A stretch of DNA of 64,000 bases, taken from contig JAEYJO010000074.1 of assembly GCA_023408815.1 (NCBI GenBank), forward strand, positions 6,768 to 70,767, read 5' to 3'. The stretch comes from Bacillota bacterium (GTDB lineage: Bacteria > Bacillota > Clostridia > Lachnospirales > Lachnospiraceae). The translations under genes were made by a program, and so were the position numbers. Below, piece after piece: positions 9,976-20,310 of the stretch. The first letter of the stretch is position 1; every line of letters starts with the position of its first letter. The notes beneath the pieces were generated by a model that made no database searches, was not told the DNA's origin, and was given only the letters and a program-made list of their open reading frames with translations.

Positions 9976-12900
9976 TTACGTCACTTTTATGTTGTCTTTA
10001 CCATACAAAATCTCCAGTTTTTCCACCAGCGTTCTATCCGCATTCACACTTTTGTTTGGAGGCAGATTTTTTACCGCTTTCGGATTTTCCACGTAAATAC
10101 ATACCGCATCCCTGCCATCGGAAGCCGCCAGGATCTCTAAAAGTTCCTGTTCCGCCTGATCATAGACTTCTTTGGTGGAAAACTTGATCCAAAGCTTCTT
10201 CGTTATTTCGTCGAAACCGGTAATTCTCTCGCAAATCAGCTTACCGTCCTTATCTTCCTCTACGGAAACCCTTCCTTTGATAAAGACCTTGTTGTCCTCT
10301 ATGAGCTTATCCATATTCTTCTCATAATCCTTAGGGAATACGATAACCTCTACCGTTCCTACCAGATCCTCCACCTGCAGGAATGCCATCACCTTATCAT
10401 TTTTTGTATATTTTATTTTTTTATCCGCTATGATACCGCCGATGGTGACGGACTCCCCGTCCTTGGCCTCGGTCTCTCCGCTTTCCTCATCCAGAAGAAA
10501 ATCCGCCGTAGTATTGGTCGTATTTTTCTTCCATACCTCTTCGTATTCCTCCATAGGATGTCCGCTGACATAGATACCCATCACTTCTTTTTCGAAAGCG
10601 AGGCGCATTTCCTTGGAATATTCCCCCACATCGGGCATTTTTATTTCGTAATCCTCTTTTTCCTCCTCGGACACGATGTCGAAGAGAGAAATCTGTCCCG
10701 CCATATTGTTCTTCTTGTCCTGATGCAGACGGTCCATGACCTGCACGTATACATTCATAAATTGTTTTCTCGTGCCGTCCAGCTCGTCCAGAGCTCCCGA
10801 CTTGATAAAATTTTCCACAGTTCGCTTGTTCATGTCCTTATCAGCCATACGGACGATGAAGTCGTTTAGGTTCGTGTAGGGTCCACGCTCCTCTCTTTCC
10901 CTCACCACCGCATCGATGACCGGACGCCCTACGCCCTTGATTGCCGTAAGAGCATACCGTATTGAGCCGCCGCTTACGGAAAATCCGGCTTCTCCCGCAT
11001 TGATATTGGGAGGTAAAATGGCAATTCCCATACTCCGGCAGGTCATGATATATTCCGAAACCTTACTGGAAAAATCTATGACGGAGGTAAGAAGCGCCGC
11101 CATGAATTCCACGGGATAATAATATTTTAAATAAGCTGTCTGATAAGAAACCACCGCATAACAGGCCGCATGAGACTTATTAAAGGCATACTTGGCGAAG
11201 TCCATCATATCCCCATATATTTTACTCGCCGTCTTTTCATCTATGCCGTTGGCCACACAGCCCGGAACACCTTCCTCTTCGTTTCCGTAGATGAAGTTAC
11301 TGCGCTCCTTTTCCATTACGGACTGCTTCTTCTTGCTCATGGCACGCCTTACCAAATCACTTCTGCCAAGGGTATAACCACCCAGGTCCCGCACGATCTG
11401 CATAACCTGCTCCTGATAGACGATACAACCGTAAGTAGGCTTTAAAATGGGCTCCAGCTGAGGGCAGGAATAGGTAATGGCATGATGGTTATTCTTTCCT
11501 TGTACGTACTTGGGAATAAAATCCATAGGGCCGGGACGATACAATGAGATTCCCGCTATGATGTCCTCCAGGTTCTGGGGCTTCAGCTCTTTCATAAAGC
11601 TCTTCATGCCGCCGCTTTCCAATTGGAATATTCCGTCTGTGCGTCCGGTTCCGATGGAGGAAAGTACCGCTTTATCATCATAATCGATTTCGTTCATATC
11701 CAGCTCGATGCCGTGCCCCTTTTCGATCAGGCGGACCGCATTCTGGATGACTGTAAGCGTACGCAGTCCGAGGAAGTCCATTTTCAGCAGTCCCAGCTCC
11801 TCGATGGTGGTCATAGGAAACTGGGTGGTAATGGAGCCGTCGCTTCCTCTGGAAAGGGGTACGAATTCCTCTGCAGGCATGCTGCAGATAACTACTCCGG
11901 CCGCGTGCATGGAGGTATGTCTGGGCAGACCCTCCAGACGCTTGCACATATCGATGAGATAGTGCACCTGTTCATCCTGCTCGTAAAGCTTTCTAAATTC
12001 CGGATTGATACTAAGCGCTCTGTCAATCGTAACATTCAACTCATTGGGTATCATTTTGGCAATGGTATCCACATAGGCATAGGGCAGGTCCATGACCCTT
12101 CCTACGTCGCGGATAACACCCTTCGCCGCCATGGTACCGAAGGTGACGATCTGTACCACCTTGTCCGTACCGTATTTACGTCCCACGTAATCGATGACCT
12201 CCTGCCTTCTTTCGAAGCAGAAATCAATATCGATATCCGGCATGGATATTCTCTCCGGATTCAGGAAACGTTCGAACAGCAGGTTATATTTTATCGGGTC
12301 GATGTCCGTGATCTTCAGGCAGTAAGCCACGATGCTTCCTGCTGCCGATCCTCGTCCCGGGCCGACTATGATGTCATTCATTTTGGCATAGTTAATGAAG
12401 TCCCATACGATGAGGAAGTAATCCACATATCCCATGGAGCGGATAACGCCCAGCTCGTAATCCAAGCGTTCCTTAAGCTCCGCATTCACCTCTCCATATC
12501 GATCGTACAGGCCGTCATAGCATAATTTATTCAAATAGGTAAAGGAGTCATAGCCCTCAGGAACTTCAAAATGAGGCAGCTTGGTCACTCCGAATTCGAT
12601 ATCCACATGGCAGCGGTCCGCGATTCTCTGGGTATTCTCCACTGCTTCCCATGCATAAGGGAACAGCCCCTTCATTTCTTCTTCGCTCTTTACATAATAT
12701 TGTCCGCCCTCGTAACGCATGCGGTCTTCGTCGGCAAGCTTCTTGGCGGTCTGTATACACAACAATATATCGTGGGGCTTTACATCCTCCGCATAGGTAT
12801 AATGCACGTCGTTGGTGGCGACGAGAGGGATGTCCAGTTCCTTGCTCATTTGTAAAAGAGCGGCGTTTACCGTCTTCTGCTCCGGGATTCCGTGGTCCTG

Positions 12901-13425
12901 CAATTCCAGAAAATAATTGCCCTTGCCAAAGCAATCTTCGTACTTACGGGCCGCTTTTTTGGCCTCCTCCGGCAGTCCCTTGGATATATTTCTCTGTACT
13001 TCGCCGGCAAGGCAGGCAGAAAGGGCTATGATTCCTTCATGAAATTCCCTGAGCACCTCCATATCTACGCGAGGTCTGTAGTAAAAGCCTTCGGTAAAGC
13101 CGCGGCTGACAATTTTCATGAGGTTGGCGTAGCCTGTGTTGTTTTCTGCAAGAAGTACGAGATGGTAGTATCTGTCTTCACCGCCGGTAATCTCTTTATC
13201 GAAACGGGAATTAGGCGCTACATATACTTCGCAGCCCAGAACGGGATTGATTCCTGCTGCCTTCGCTTCTTTATAAAAATCGATGACACCATACATAACT
13301 CCGTGGTCGGTGATTGCAGCACTGTCCATGCCCAGTTCCTTGACACGTTTTACGTATTCTTTTATTTTATTGGAACCGTCCAAAAGGCTGTATTCTGTGT
13401 GGACATGTAAATGGGTGAATGCCAT
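9976..13425 (-). CDS. dnaE: DNA polymerase III alpha subunit
   Basis: HLHVHTEYSLLDG PHP domain, GRGSAAGS, PDIDIDF, KMDFLGL and FNKSH. Confidence 0.98.
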   Translation of the reverse strand: MAFTHLHVHTEYSLLDGSNKIKEYVKRVKELGMDSAAITDHGVMYGVIDFYKEAKAAGINPVLGCEVYVAPNSRFDKEITGGEDRYYHLVLLAENNTGYANLMKIVSRGFTEGFYYRPRVDMEVLREFHEGIIALSACLAGEVQRNISKGLPEEAKKAARKYEDCFGKGNYFLELQDHGIPEQKTVNAALLQMSKELDIPLVATNDVHYTYAEDVKPHDILLCIQTAKKLADEDRMRYEGGQYYVKSEEEMKGLFPYAWEAVENTQRIADRCHVDIEFGVTKLPHFEVPEGYDSFTYLNKLCYDGLYDRYGEVNAELKERLDYELGVIRSMGYVDYFLIVWDFINYAKMNDIIVGPGRGSAAGSIVAYCLKITDIDPIKYNLLFERFLNPERISMPDIDIDFCFERRQEVIDYVGRKYGTDKVVQIVTFGTMAAKGVIRDVGRVMDLPYAYVDTIAKMIPNELNVTIDRALSINPEFRKLYEQDEQVHYLIDMCKRLEGLPRHTSMHAAGVVICSMPAEEFVPLSRGSDGSITTQFPMTTIEELGLLKMDFLGLRTLTVIQNAVRLIEKGHGIELDMNEIDYDDKAVLSSIGTGRTDGIFQLESGGMKSFMKELKPQNLEDIIAGISLYRPGPMDFIPKYVQGKNNHHAITYSCPQLEPILKPTYGCIVYQEQVMQIVRDLGGYTLGRSDLVRRAMSKKKQSVMEKERSNFIYGNEEEGVPGCVANGIDEKTASKIYGDMMDFAKYAFNKSHAACYAVVSYQTAYLKYYYPVEFMAALLTSVIDFSSKVSEYIMTCRSMGIAILPPNINAGEAGFSVSGGSIRYALTAIKGVGRPVIDAVVREREERGPYTNLNDFIVRMADKDMNKRTVENFIKSGALDELDGTRKQFMNVYVQVMDRLHQDKKNNMAGQISLFDIVSEEEKEDYEIKMPDVGEYSKEMRLAFEKEVMGIYVSGHPMEEYEEVWKKNTTNTTADFLLDEESGETEAKDGESVTIGGIIADKKIKYTKNDKVMAFLQVEDLVGTVEVIVFPKDYEKNMDKLIEDNKVFIKGRVSVEEDKDGKLICERITGFDEITKKLWIKFSTKEVYDQAEQELLEILAASDGRDAVCIYVENPKAVKNLPPNKSVNADRTLVEKLEILYGKDNIKVT

Positions 13426-13590
13426 GTGGGATGCTCCTTATGTCTCGGGTTTTCTGTGACCTTCGCTCACAGAAAACACCTCGTAGTATTGATGGTTAAA
13501 TAGTTGTCCTTAGTTCTTTATACATAGTTATTGTATCATAAATGCCATGTGGGAGCACCTAAAAATAAAAGAAAAAGACGAGTTGCTTTG

Positions 13591-13617
13591 GTTACTGTGA
13601 ACGGAGTGAACAGTAAC
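13591..13617. repeat. 27-bp REP-like imperfect palindrome, copy 1
   Basis: GTTACTGTGAACGGAGTGAACAGTAAC; 25/27 identical to 15942-15968. Confidence 0.8.
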
Positions 13618-13740
13618 TTGCATTGATTTCAGATACACAAGGCCTGACGGAGGTATTTATAATTTCCCAATCCATCGTCCGGATAATTTGTGTACGATGG
13701 ACTTTCCCAACTTTTCCTGTTCCAGATGTTTTAATATAGA

Positions 13741-15564
13741 TTATTCTACGGTTACTACTTTTGCCAGATTTCTCGGTTTGTCTACGTCCAGGCCTTTATC
13801 CAAAGAGACATAGTAGGCGAGAAGCTGGAGGGCTGCCGAGGCGGGCATTACCATGAATTCATCACGCATGGCAGGGAGCTTGAAGATGCCTGCCCATGAG
13901 GTTTCTTTATCGAGAGTGTAGGTTTCTTTCATGAGGAGAATGACTTCTGCTCCTCTGGATTGAACTTCTCTGATATTAGAAAACTCTTTGGACTGGACTT
14001 TATCCTGCGTCACTACGGCGACTACCGGCGTGTCCTCGGTGATCAGGGCGATGGTGCCATGTTTGAGCTCTCCCGACGCGTAGGCTTCCGAATGAATATA
14101 AGATACTTCTTTTAGCTTCAGGGATCCTTCCAAAAGGATAGAATGATCCAGTCCCCTTCCTATCATGAATACATCTTTGGCATTTAAAATGCCCCTGGCG
14201 ATATAGTGAATTTCCTCCCGTCTGTCCAGCACCTGCGCTACAACCTGCGGCACACGAAGAAGCTCCCTCGCGAACTCTCTGGCTTGATCGGCATCGTAGA
14301 TTCCTCGTACATAGGCCATGCGTCCTGTGAGCAGATAGAGGACCGCCAGCTGTGTCGTGTACGCTTTGGTGCTTGCCACTGCGATTTCAGGTCCGGCATT
14401 GGTGTAGATGACGTACTCGCTTTCACGGGCGATGGATGCTCCTCTTACGTTCACAATAGACAGTGTCTTTGCGCCGTTTCGCTTGGCGTATTTCAGCGCC
14501 TCAAGAGTATCGATAGTCTCTCCCGATTGGGATATGGCTATTACCAGCGTTTTTTCATCCACAATGGTATCTGTGTACATGAATTCGCTGGCAAGCTCTA
14601 CGTCAATGTGGATCCGGACGAGAGACTGCAGCAGTGCTTTTCCTACCAGGCCCGCGTGCATTGCCGTTCCGCAGGCGACTACGCAGACACGGTCGCAGTC
14701 TTTGAACAAGCTGTCCGGGATTTCATCCTCCGCGAAGTCCGGAATGCCGTCTTTGATTCTTGGCTCGATGGTTTCTGCGATTACCTCAGGCTGCTCCATG
14801 ATTTCTTTTTCCATATAAAAGGGATAGCCCCCCTTACTGCTGCGGTTGGTGTCCCAGCTTATCGTAAGCCATTCCGGCAAAACAGGCTCTCCTGACATAT
14901 CGCAGAGCTCTGCACCGTCCGCTTTCATCGTCAGTATGTGTCCTTCAGGCAACACAAAATAATCCCTCGAGTATTGCCCCAAGACTGTTACATCAGAAGC
15001 CAGCATGGTACCGCATCCCGTTTTAGCGACCACGATGGGACTCACATTTCTGACCGCAAAAACAAGACCCGGCATATCCTCGAAAATGATTCCGAGCGCA
15101 AAGGTTCCTTTGAGCTTCAGAATTGTTTTCTGAATGGCCGAATATGGGTCTCCTGTATAAAAATGGGAAAGTACTGCCGCTACTACCTCGCTGTCCGTCT
15201 GGGAATGAAGCTTGTCGTATAAGTCATATTTTCTGATCAGATCGCGGTAATTTTCAATAATACCGTTATGAATTACCGTTACCTTTTCATATTTGTGGGG
15301 GTGCGCATTCTCATCGCTCACTCCGCCGTGGGTGGCCCATCTGGTATGGCCGATACCGCAGTTGCCCTCTATCGTCTCATTTTCACACAGATTTCTTAAA
15401 TCTTTTACTCTTCCCGCACATTTATAAATCCGTGTCTGCTTCGATCCGCTTTCACATATTGCGATACCTGCACTGTCGTAGCCTCTGTATTCCAACGTTT
15501 CCAAGGCATCGAGCATAATATCCTTCGCCGCATTTTTACCTGTATATCCAATAATTCCACACAT
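13741..15564 (-). CDS. glmS: Glutamine-fructose-6-phosphate aminotransferase
   Basis: MCGIIG, EYRGYDSAG, GHTRWATHG, SQSGET, VASTK and C-terminal DKPRNLAKVVTVE. Confidence 0.98.
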   Translation of the reverse strand: MCGIIGYTGKNAAKDIMLDALETLEYRGYDSAGIAICESGSKQTRIYKCAGRVKDLRNLCENETIEGNCGIGHTRWATHGGVSDENAHPHKYEKVTVIHNGIIENYRDLIRKYDLYDKLHSQTDSEVVAAVLSHFYTGDPYSAIQKTILKLKGTFALGIIFEDMPGLVFAVRNVSPIVVAKTGCGTMLASDVTVLGQYSRDYFVLPEGHILTMKADGAELCDMSGEPVLPEWLTISWDTNRSSKGGYPFYMEKEIMEQPEVIAETIEPRIKDGIPDFAEDEIPDSLFKDCDRVCVVACGTAMHAGLVGKALLQSLVRIHIDVELASEFMYTDTIVDEKTLVIAISQSGETIDTLEALKYAKRNGAKTLSIVNVRGASIARESEYVIYTNAGPEIAVASTKAYTTQLAVLYLLTGRMAYVRGIYDADQAREFARELLRVPQVVAQVLDRREEIHYIARGILNAKDVFMIGRGLDHSILLEGSLKLKEVSYIHSEAYASGELKHGTIALITEDTPVVAVVTQDKVQSKEFSNIREVQSRGAEVILLMKETYTLDKETSWAGIFKLPAMRDEFMVMPASAALQLLAYYVSLDKGLDVDKPRNLAKVVTVE

Positions 15565-15614
15565 AAATTTTCCTCATCTTTCATTCATAATTCTTATTTT
15601 TAATGATAAACCAA

Positions 15615-15772
15615 TAAGTCCTCCGTTATACCGTTTTTGTTTTGCAGTTACCTGCATATTTGCCGGTATATCTCGCACCGGAGGAGTACGGGAAGGTATC
15701 CGCCGAATTTTCGATAACCTTCCTCCCTCGTTAACCTGCCTTTTCGCTCAGGGCAGGTGCATGGCGCTAGAT
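15615..15772 (-). ncRNA. glmS ribozyme (GlcN6P riboswitch-ribozyme)
   Basis: Minus strand reads AGCGCC..GTTAACGAGG..GGTTATCGAAAATTCGGCGGATACC.., the conserved core, directly upstream of glmS. Confidence 0.92.
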
Positions 15773-15874
15773 GGGAAAATATGGGAAATTATTCTACCGA
15801 TACACATCAGGTTTGTGTATCTGAAATGAATGCAATCGTCTATTCAATTTTCAAGGTACTGATTACTTGTGGCA

Positions 15875-15903
15875 TTATATCATACTTCTTTTTTTCTGTA
15901 AAC
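15875..15903 (-). promoter_or_regulatory. Putative sigmaA promoter of glmS
   Basis: TTTACA-17 nt-TATAAT with a TG extension. Confidence 0.7.
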
Positions 15904-15941
15904 TTTCCCCTCTATATATCTTATTATTATTTGGAAATTGC

Positions 15942-15968
15942 GTTACTGAGAACGGAGTAAACAGTAAC
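15942..15968. repeat. 27-bp REP-like imperfect palindrome, copy 2
   Basis: GTTACTGAGAACGGAGTAAACAGTAAC. Confidence 0.8.
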
Positions 15969-16061
15969 GGATTTGTGAAACTGCCGGATGCAAAAATTTC
16001 ATGTAAATATGCCGGCACAGAAACGTCAGGGTTTCTATACCGGCACACTCTGCGAGAGTTA

Positions 16062-16090
16062 AATGCCCCGCAACTTGCTGCGGGGCATTT
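16062..16090. terminator. Hairpin after metK (terminator or REP-like)
   Basis: AATGCCCCGCA-ACT-TGCTGCGGGGCATT. Confidence 0.65.
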
Positions 16091-16097
16091 GACTATA

Positions 16098-17300
16098 TTA
16101 TAAATATTTTCTGAGTAAATCCACCTTGTCCAGCTTCTCCCAGGGCAAATCCAGGTCGTTTCGGCCAAAATGTCCGTAAGCGGCTGTCTGCCTGTAGATC
16201 GGGCGGCGAAGGTCTAACATTTTGATGATGCCGGCCGGGCGCAGGTCGAAGTTCTCACGGATGATTTCTATCAGCTTTTCATCTTCGATCTTCCCTGTTC
16301 CGAAGGTATCTACCATGATGGAGGTGGGCTGTGCTACGCCAATGGCATAGGAAAGCTGAATCTCACACTTTTCGGAGATGCCGGCTGCCACGATGTTTTT
16401 CGCTACGTAGCGGGCTGCATAAGCTGCGGAACGGTCTACCTTAGTGCAGTCTTTGCCGGAGAATGCGCCGCCGCCATGACGGGCATAGCCGCCGTAAGTA
16501 TCGACGATGATTTTACGTCCCGTAAGCCCCGCGTCTCCGTGAGGTCCGCCGATAACGAAACGTCCGGTGGGATTGATAAAGAATTTCGTATCCGCATCGA
16601 CCAATTCCTTCGGGAGAATTACATCGAATACATATTTCTTGATATCTTCATGAATCTGCTCCTGCATCACTTCTTCGTCGTGCTGTGTGGAAAGTACCAC
16701 CGCTTCCAGACGCAGAGGCTTTCCGTCTTTGTCATATTCTACGGAAACCTGACTCTTTCCGTCGGGTCTTAAATATTTTAAGGTTCCATCCTTGCGCACC
16801 TTGGTAAGCTGAAGTGCCAGCTTGTGAGCGAGGGAGATAGAATAAGGCATATATTCCTCTGTCTCGTTCGTTGCATAGCCGAACATCATACCCTGATCTC
16901 CGGCACCGATGGCTTCAATCTGCGCATCGGTCATCTTGTTTTCTGCTGCTTCCTGCTGTTTCGCTTCAAGCGCCTTGTCCACGCCCATTGCGATATCAGA
17001 GGACTGCTCATCGATAGCTACCAGTACCGCGCATGTATTGCCGTCGAAACCATATTCTGATTTCGTATAGCCGATCTCCTTAATCGTTTCACGAGCTATT
17101 TTCTGTATATCTACGTAAGCATTCGTAGTAATTTCTCCTGTTACCAGTACGAAGCCGGTGCAGGTCGCTACTTCACAGGCAACACGGCTCATAGGATCTT
17201 TTTCCATCAATGAGTCGAGTACCGCATCAGAAATGGCATCGCAGACTTTATCAGGATGCCCTTCTGTAACTGATTCCGAAGTAAATAAAAATTTTTCCAT
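16098..17300 (-). CDS. metK: S-adenosylmethionine synthetase
   Basis: [16 protein letters not shown] and GGGAFSGKD. Confidence 0.98.
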   Translation of the reverse strand: MEKFLFTSESVTEGHPDKVCDAISDAVLDSLMEKDPMSRVACEVATCTGFVLVTGEITTNAYVDIQKIARETIKEIGYTKSEYGFDGNTCAVLVAIDEQSSDIAMGVDKALEAKQQEAAENKMTDAQIEAIGAGDQGMMFGYATNETEEYMPYSISLAHKLALQLTKVRKDGTLKYLRPDGKSQVSVEYDKDGKPLRLEAVVLSTQHDEEVMQEQIHEDIKKYVFDVILPKELVDADTKFFINPTGRFVIGGPHGDAGLTGRKIIVDTYGGYARHGGGAFSGKDCTKVDRSAAYAARYVAKNIVAAGISEKCEIQLSYAIGVAQPTSIMVDTFGTGKIEDEKLIEIIRENFDLRPAGIIKMLDLRRPIYRQTAAYGHFGRNDLDLPWEKLDKVDLLRKYL

Positions 17301-17369
17301 TCCAATTCCTCCTTATAATATGGATTGTGTTACTCATCGTTTATATTATGAGAAAAAATATCAATAATA

Positions 17370-17398
17370 TAAAATGTCCGCTTACAAGAAGCGGACTC
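17370..17398 (-). terminator. Terminator of the SAM riboswitch expression platform
   Basis: GTCCGCTT-CTTGT-AAGCGGAC followed by ATTTT on the minus strand, between aptamer and metK. Confidence 0.7.
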
Positions 17399-17417
17399 GA
17401 TAATCGATAATCAAATC

Positions 17418-17534
17418 CTCTTATCGTTCGAACTGCAGTATTACAGCAGATTACTCGCTCAGGCAGGCACCTTCCTCGCTAGGGGTTGCCGTGGCTTCAT
17501 TGGTCCTATGTACCTCCACCACTCTGAATAAGAG
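17418..17534 (-). ncRNA. SAM-I (S-box) riboswitch
   Basis: CTCTTATTCAGAGTGGTGGAGG..ATGAAGCC..GGCAACC..AAGGTGCC..GATAAGAG with P1 ends; upstream of metK. Confidence 0.9.
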
Positions 17535-17703
17535 ATTCTTTACAATATGGAATTTTCATATCTTTTTTTAAAATACAATAGATTTATTATTTTGTCAATG
17601 TATTTTATTGACAATATTCGCCAAAACCCCTATAATTTTTATAACATTCGCTATATTGTAACAAATGTTAACGGGGTAAATATTGTATTTCGGAGGGAGA
17701 AAC

Positions 17704-18780
17704 ATGAGGAGAGTAAACACATCGGCGCTGATACCGGGTATGGTAACAGCGGAAGATGTCTATAACTACAACAATCACTTAATTCTGCCAAGAGGGCTGA
17801 TTCTGACAGATAAAGCGATTATCAAATTGGAGTTTTATTCCATCATCAACGTAAGAATTGAGGACAAGGTCGTGGAGACCCCGGAGACTCGGATCGAGGA
17901 GGATACCTCATATTCAGAGCGCCTGAAGCAGTCTCCTGAATTCCGGCGTTTTCAAGAAGACTTTTCGAAGGAAACGGATCATTTCAAGGGTGTCATAGAT
18001 AATTTTGTAGGAGATAACGGGGAACTAGATGCAGACCAGTTAGTCGAGCATGCTTTGTCTTTGCTTTCTTCAGAGAATAAATATGTTAACGTATTCGATA
18101 TGCTTCACAGCATGCGCCAATTGGATGACGTAACCTATGTGCACTGCATGAATGTAGGCTTGATTTGTAACATTTTCGCCCATTGGCTGCGAATGGATGA
18201 AGAAGAAATCCGCATCGCTACTCTAAGCGGTCTTTTACACGATATCGGCAAGATCAAAGTACCCGAAAAAATTCTCAAAAAACCCGGAAATCTCACGGCA
18301 TGGGAGCTTAGCGTGGTTAAGACACATCCTAAAGAATCCTACAAGATGCTGGAAAATCATCCGCTGAGCATTCACGTTAAGAACGCAGCACTGATGCATC
18401 ACGAACGCTGTGACGGTTCCGGCTATCCTTTGGGACTCACATCCGGCAGCATCGACCCTTATGCTAAAATAGTAGCCATAGCCGACGTATACGACGCCAT
18501 GACCAGTGCCCGGGTTTATCGCGGTCCGCTGTGTCCCTTCAAGGTAATCGAGACCTTTGAGAACGAGGGTTTTCAAAAGTACGATTCGAAATACATTCTC
18601 ACCTTCCTTGAAAATATTGTGGATACCTATCTTTTGCACGATGTCCGTCTCGCCAATGGGGAAATCGGAAAAATTGTATATATCAATCCCCATAAACTAT
18701 CCAAACCCACCATTAAGATCGGAGAAAAATATATTAACCTTTCGCAGGAACCGCATCTATTTATCGATGCGATATTATAG
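17704..18780 (+). CDS. HD-GYP domain (cyclic dinucleotide) phosphodiesterase
   Basis: HDIGK, HHER.DGSGYP and ADVYDAM; ATG after GGAGGGAG. Confidence 0.9.
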   Translation: MRRVNTSALIPGMVTAEDVYNYNNHLILPRGLILTDKAIIKLEFYSIINVRIEDKVVETPETRIEEDTSYSERLKQSPEFRRFQEDFSKETDHFKGVIDNFVGDNGELDADQLVEHALSLLSSENKYVNVFDMLHSMRQLDDVTYVHCMNVGLICNIFAHWLRMDEEEIRIATLSGLLHDIGKIKVPEKILKKPGNLTAWELSVVKTHPKESYKMLENHPLSIHVKNAALMHHERCDGSGYPLGLTSGSIDPYAKIVAIADVYDAMTSARVYRGPLCPFKVIETFENEGFQKYDSKYILTFLENIVDTYLLHDVRLANGEIGKIVYINPHKLSKPTIKIGEKYINLSQEPHLFIDAIL

Positions 18781-18799
18781 AAGATAAATACCAGCACCT

Positions 18800-18838
18800 A
18801 AAAAGACACAGAAGCATTTCGCCTCATGTGTCTTTTTT
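18800..18838. terminator. Bidirectional terminator between HD-GYP gene and murA
   Basis: AAAAAGACACA..TGTGTCTTTTTT. Confidence 0.75.
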
Positions 18839-18862
18839 ATCGTTCCCATCTGTCAAATGGTC

Positions 18863-20155
18863 TTAACCTACCTTCAATTTAAACTTCTGCAGCTCGCGGT
18901 CCGTATTCACCCTATCTATCTGCGCACCGAGACCCTTGAGCTTCAAATGGAAATCCTCATATCCCCGTTCGATGAATCTGATATCGTCCACAACGGTGAT
19001 TCCTTCTGCCGCAAGCCCTGCCAGCACAAGCGACGCTCCTGCACGCAGATCCGGAGCAGAGATGCTCGCTCCTGTGTAACGCTCCACGCCGTCGATAATT
19101 GCGGTATTGCCTTCCACCTTGATATTCGCTCCCATTCTGGTAAGCTCGTCCACATATTTAAAACGATTTTCAAATATACTCTCCGTTACGATGCTCGTTC
19201 CCGCAGAAAGCCCAAGGGCAACCACAATCTGAGGCTGCATATCAGTAGGAAATCCGGGGTAAGGAAGGGTCTTCACATGAGTATGGGTCAATGCCTTTGC
19301 TGATACTACGCGTACCGCATCGTCCGATTCCTCCACCTCACAGCCGATTTCCAGAAGCTTGGAACTGATAGATTCCAAATGCTTCGGGATGACGTTCTTC
19401 ACGGTAACATCCCCTCTGGTAACCGCCGCTGCGAACATAAACGTTCCCGCCTCTATCTGATCCGGAATAATCGTATATTCGCTGCCATGGAGCTTAGGAA
19501 CTCCTTTAATTCGTATCACATCGGTGCCGGCACCCTTGACGTCAGCTCCCATACTATTCAAAAAGTTCGCCAAGTCGACCACATGCGGTTCCTTCGCGGC
19601 ATTCTCAATCGTCGTCTTTCCGTCAGCCATAACTGCCGCCATCATGACGTTAATCGTAGCGCCCACCGAAACCACGTCCAAATAAATATTGCTTCCACGA
19701 AGATCTTCCGCATCGGTAATAATAAGGCCGTGCTCGATCCTGACATCGGCGCCCAAAGCGCGAAACCCTTTGATATGCTGGTCTATCGGCCTTAAACCGA
19801 TATTACAGCCGCCCGGCAGCGCCACTTCCGCCTTTTTATATTTTCCGAGCAAGGCTCCCAGCAAATAATAGGAAGCCCTGATTTTTTTAATAAAATCATC
19901 CTCGATAACAAGATTGTGAATGTGGGATGCATTTATTTTTACCGTATGTCTGTCTATTCTGTTTATAATGACACCGATACTTTCCATTGCCTGAATCAGC
20001 ACATTCGTATCGCGAACGTCAGGCACATTTTCTATTACTACAGTCTCATCCGTCATAATAGTTGCCGCCAAAATAGCAAGCGCCGCATTTTTTGCACCGC
20101 CTATTTCTACTTCGCCAACTAACGGATTTCCACCCTTTATTGCGTATTGTTCCAT
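18863..20155 (-). CDS. murA: UDP-N-acetylglucosamine 1-carboxyvinyltransferase
   Basis: GAKNA, LPGGCNIG.RPID.H, PGFPTDMQ and DLRAGA. Confidence 0.96.
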   Translation of the reverse strand: MEQYAIKGGNPLVGEVEIGGAKNAALAILAATIMTDETVVIENVPDVRDTNVLIQAMESIGVIINRIDRHTVKINASHIHNLVIEDDFIKKIRASYYLLGALLGKYKKAEVALPGGCNIGLRPIDQHIKGFRALGADVRIEHGLIITDAEDLRGSNIYLDVVSVGATINVMMAAVMADGKTTIENAAKEPHVVDLANFLNSMGADVKGAGTDVIRIKGVPKLHGSEYTIIPDQIEAGTFMFAAAVTRGDVTVKNVIPKHLESISSKLLEIGCEVEESDDAVRVVSAKALTHTHVKTLPYPGFPTDMQPQIVVALGLSAGTSIVTESIFENRFKYVDELTRMGANIKVEGNTAIIDGVERYTGASISAPDLRAGASLVLAGLAAEGITVVDDIRFIERGYEDFHLKLKGLGAQIDRVNTDRELQKFKLKVG

Positions 20156-20310
20156 GGTGTACCCTCTATCTAATCCCTATTTCTATTTAAAACCTCGCCG
20201 TACCCGCTCCGGTCAGCAAAATTTAACCATCAATCTTATCTTTATGATTATACCATAAATTGCACATTTGTAAATGGTGCATTTCATCCCCAAATTTCAG
20301 CATAAAATTT

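Noticed and set aside
9976..13425. Intein or intron in dnaE
   Set aside because: Normal length and continuous motifs.
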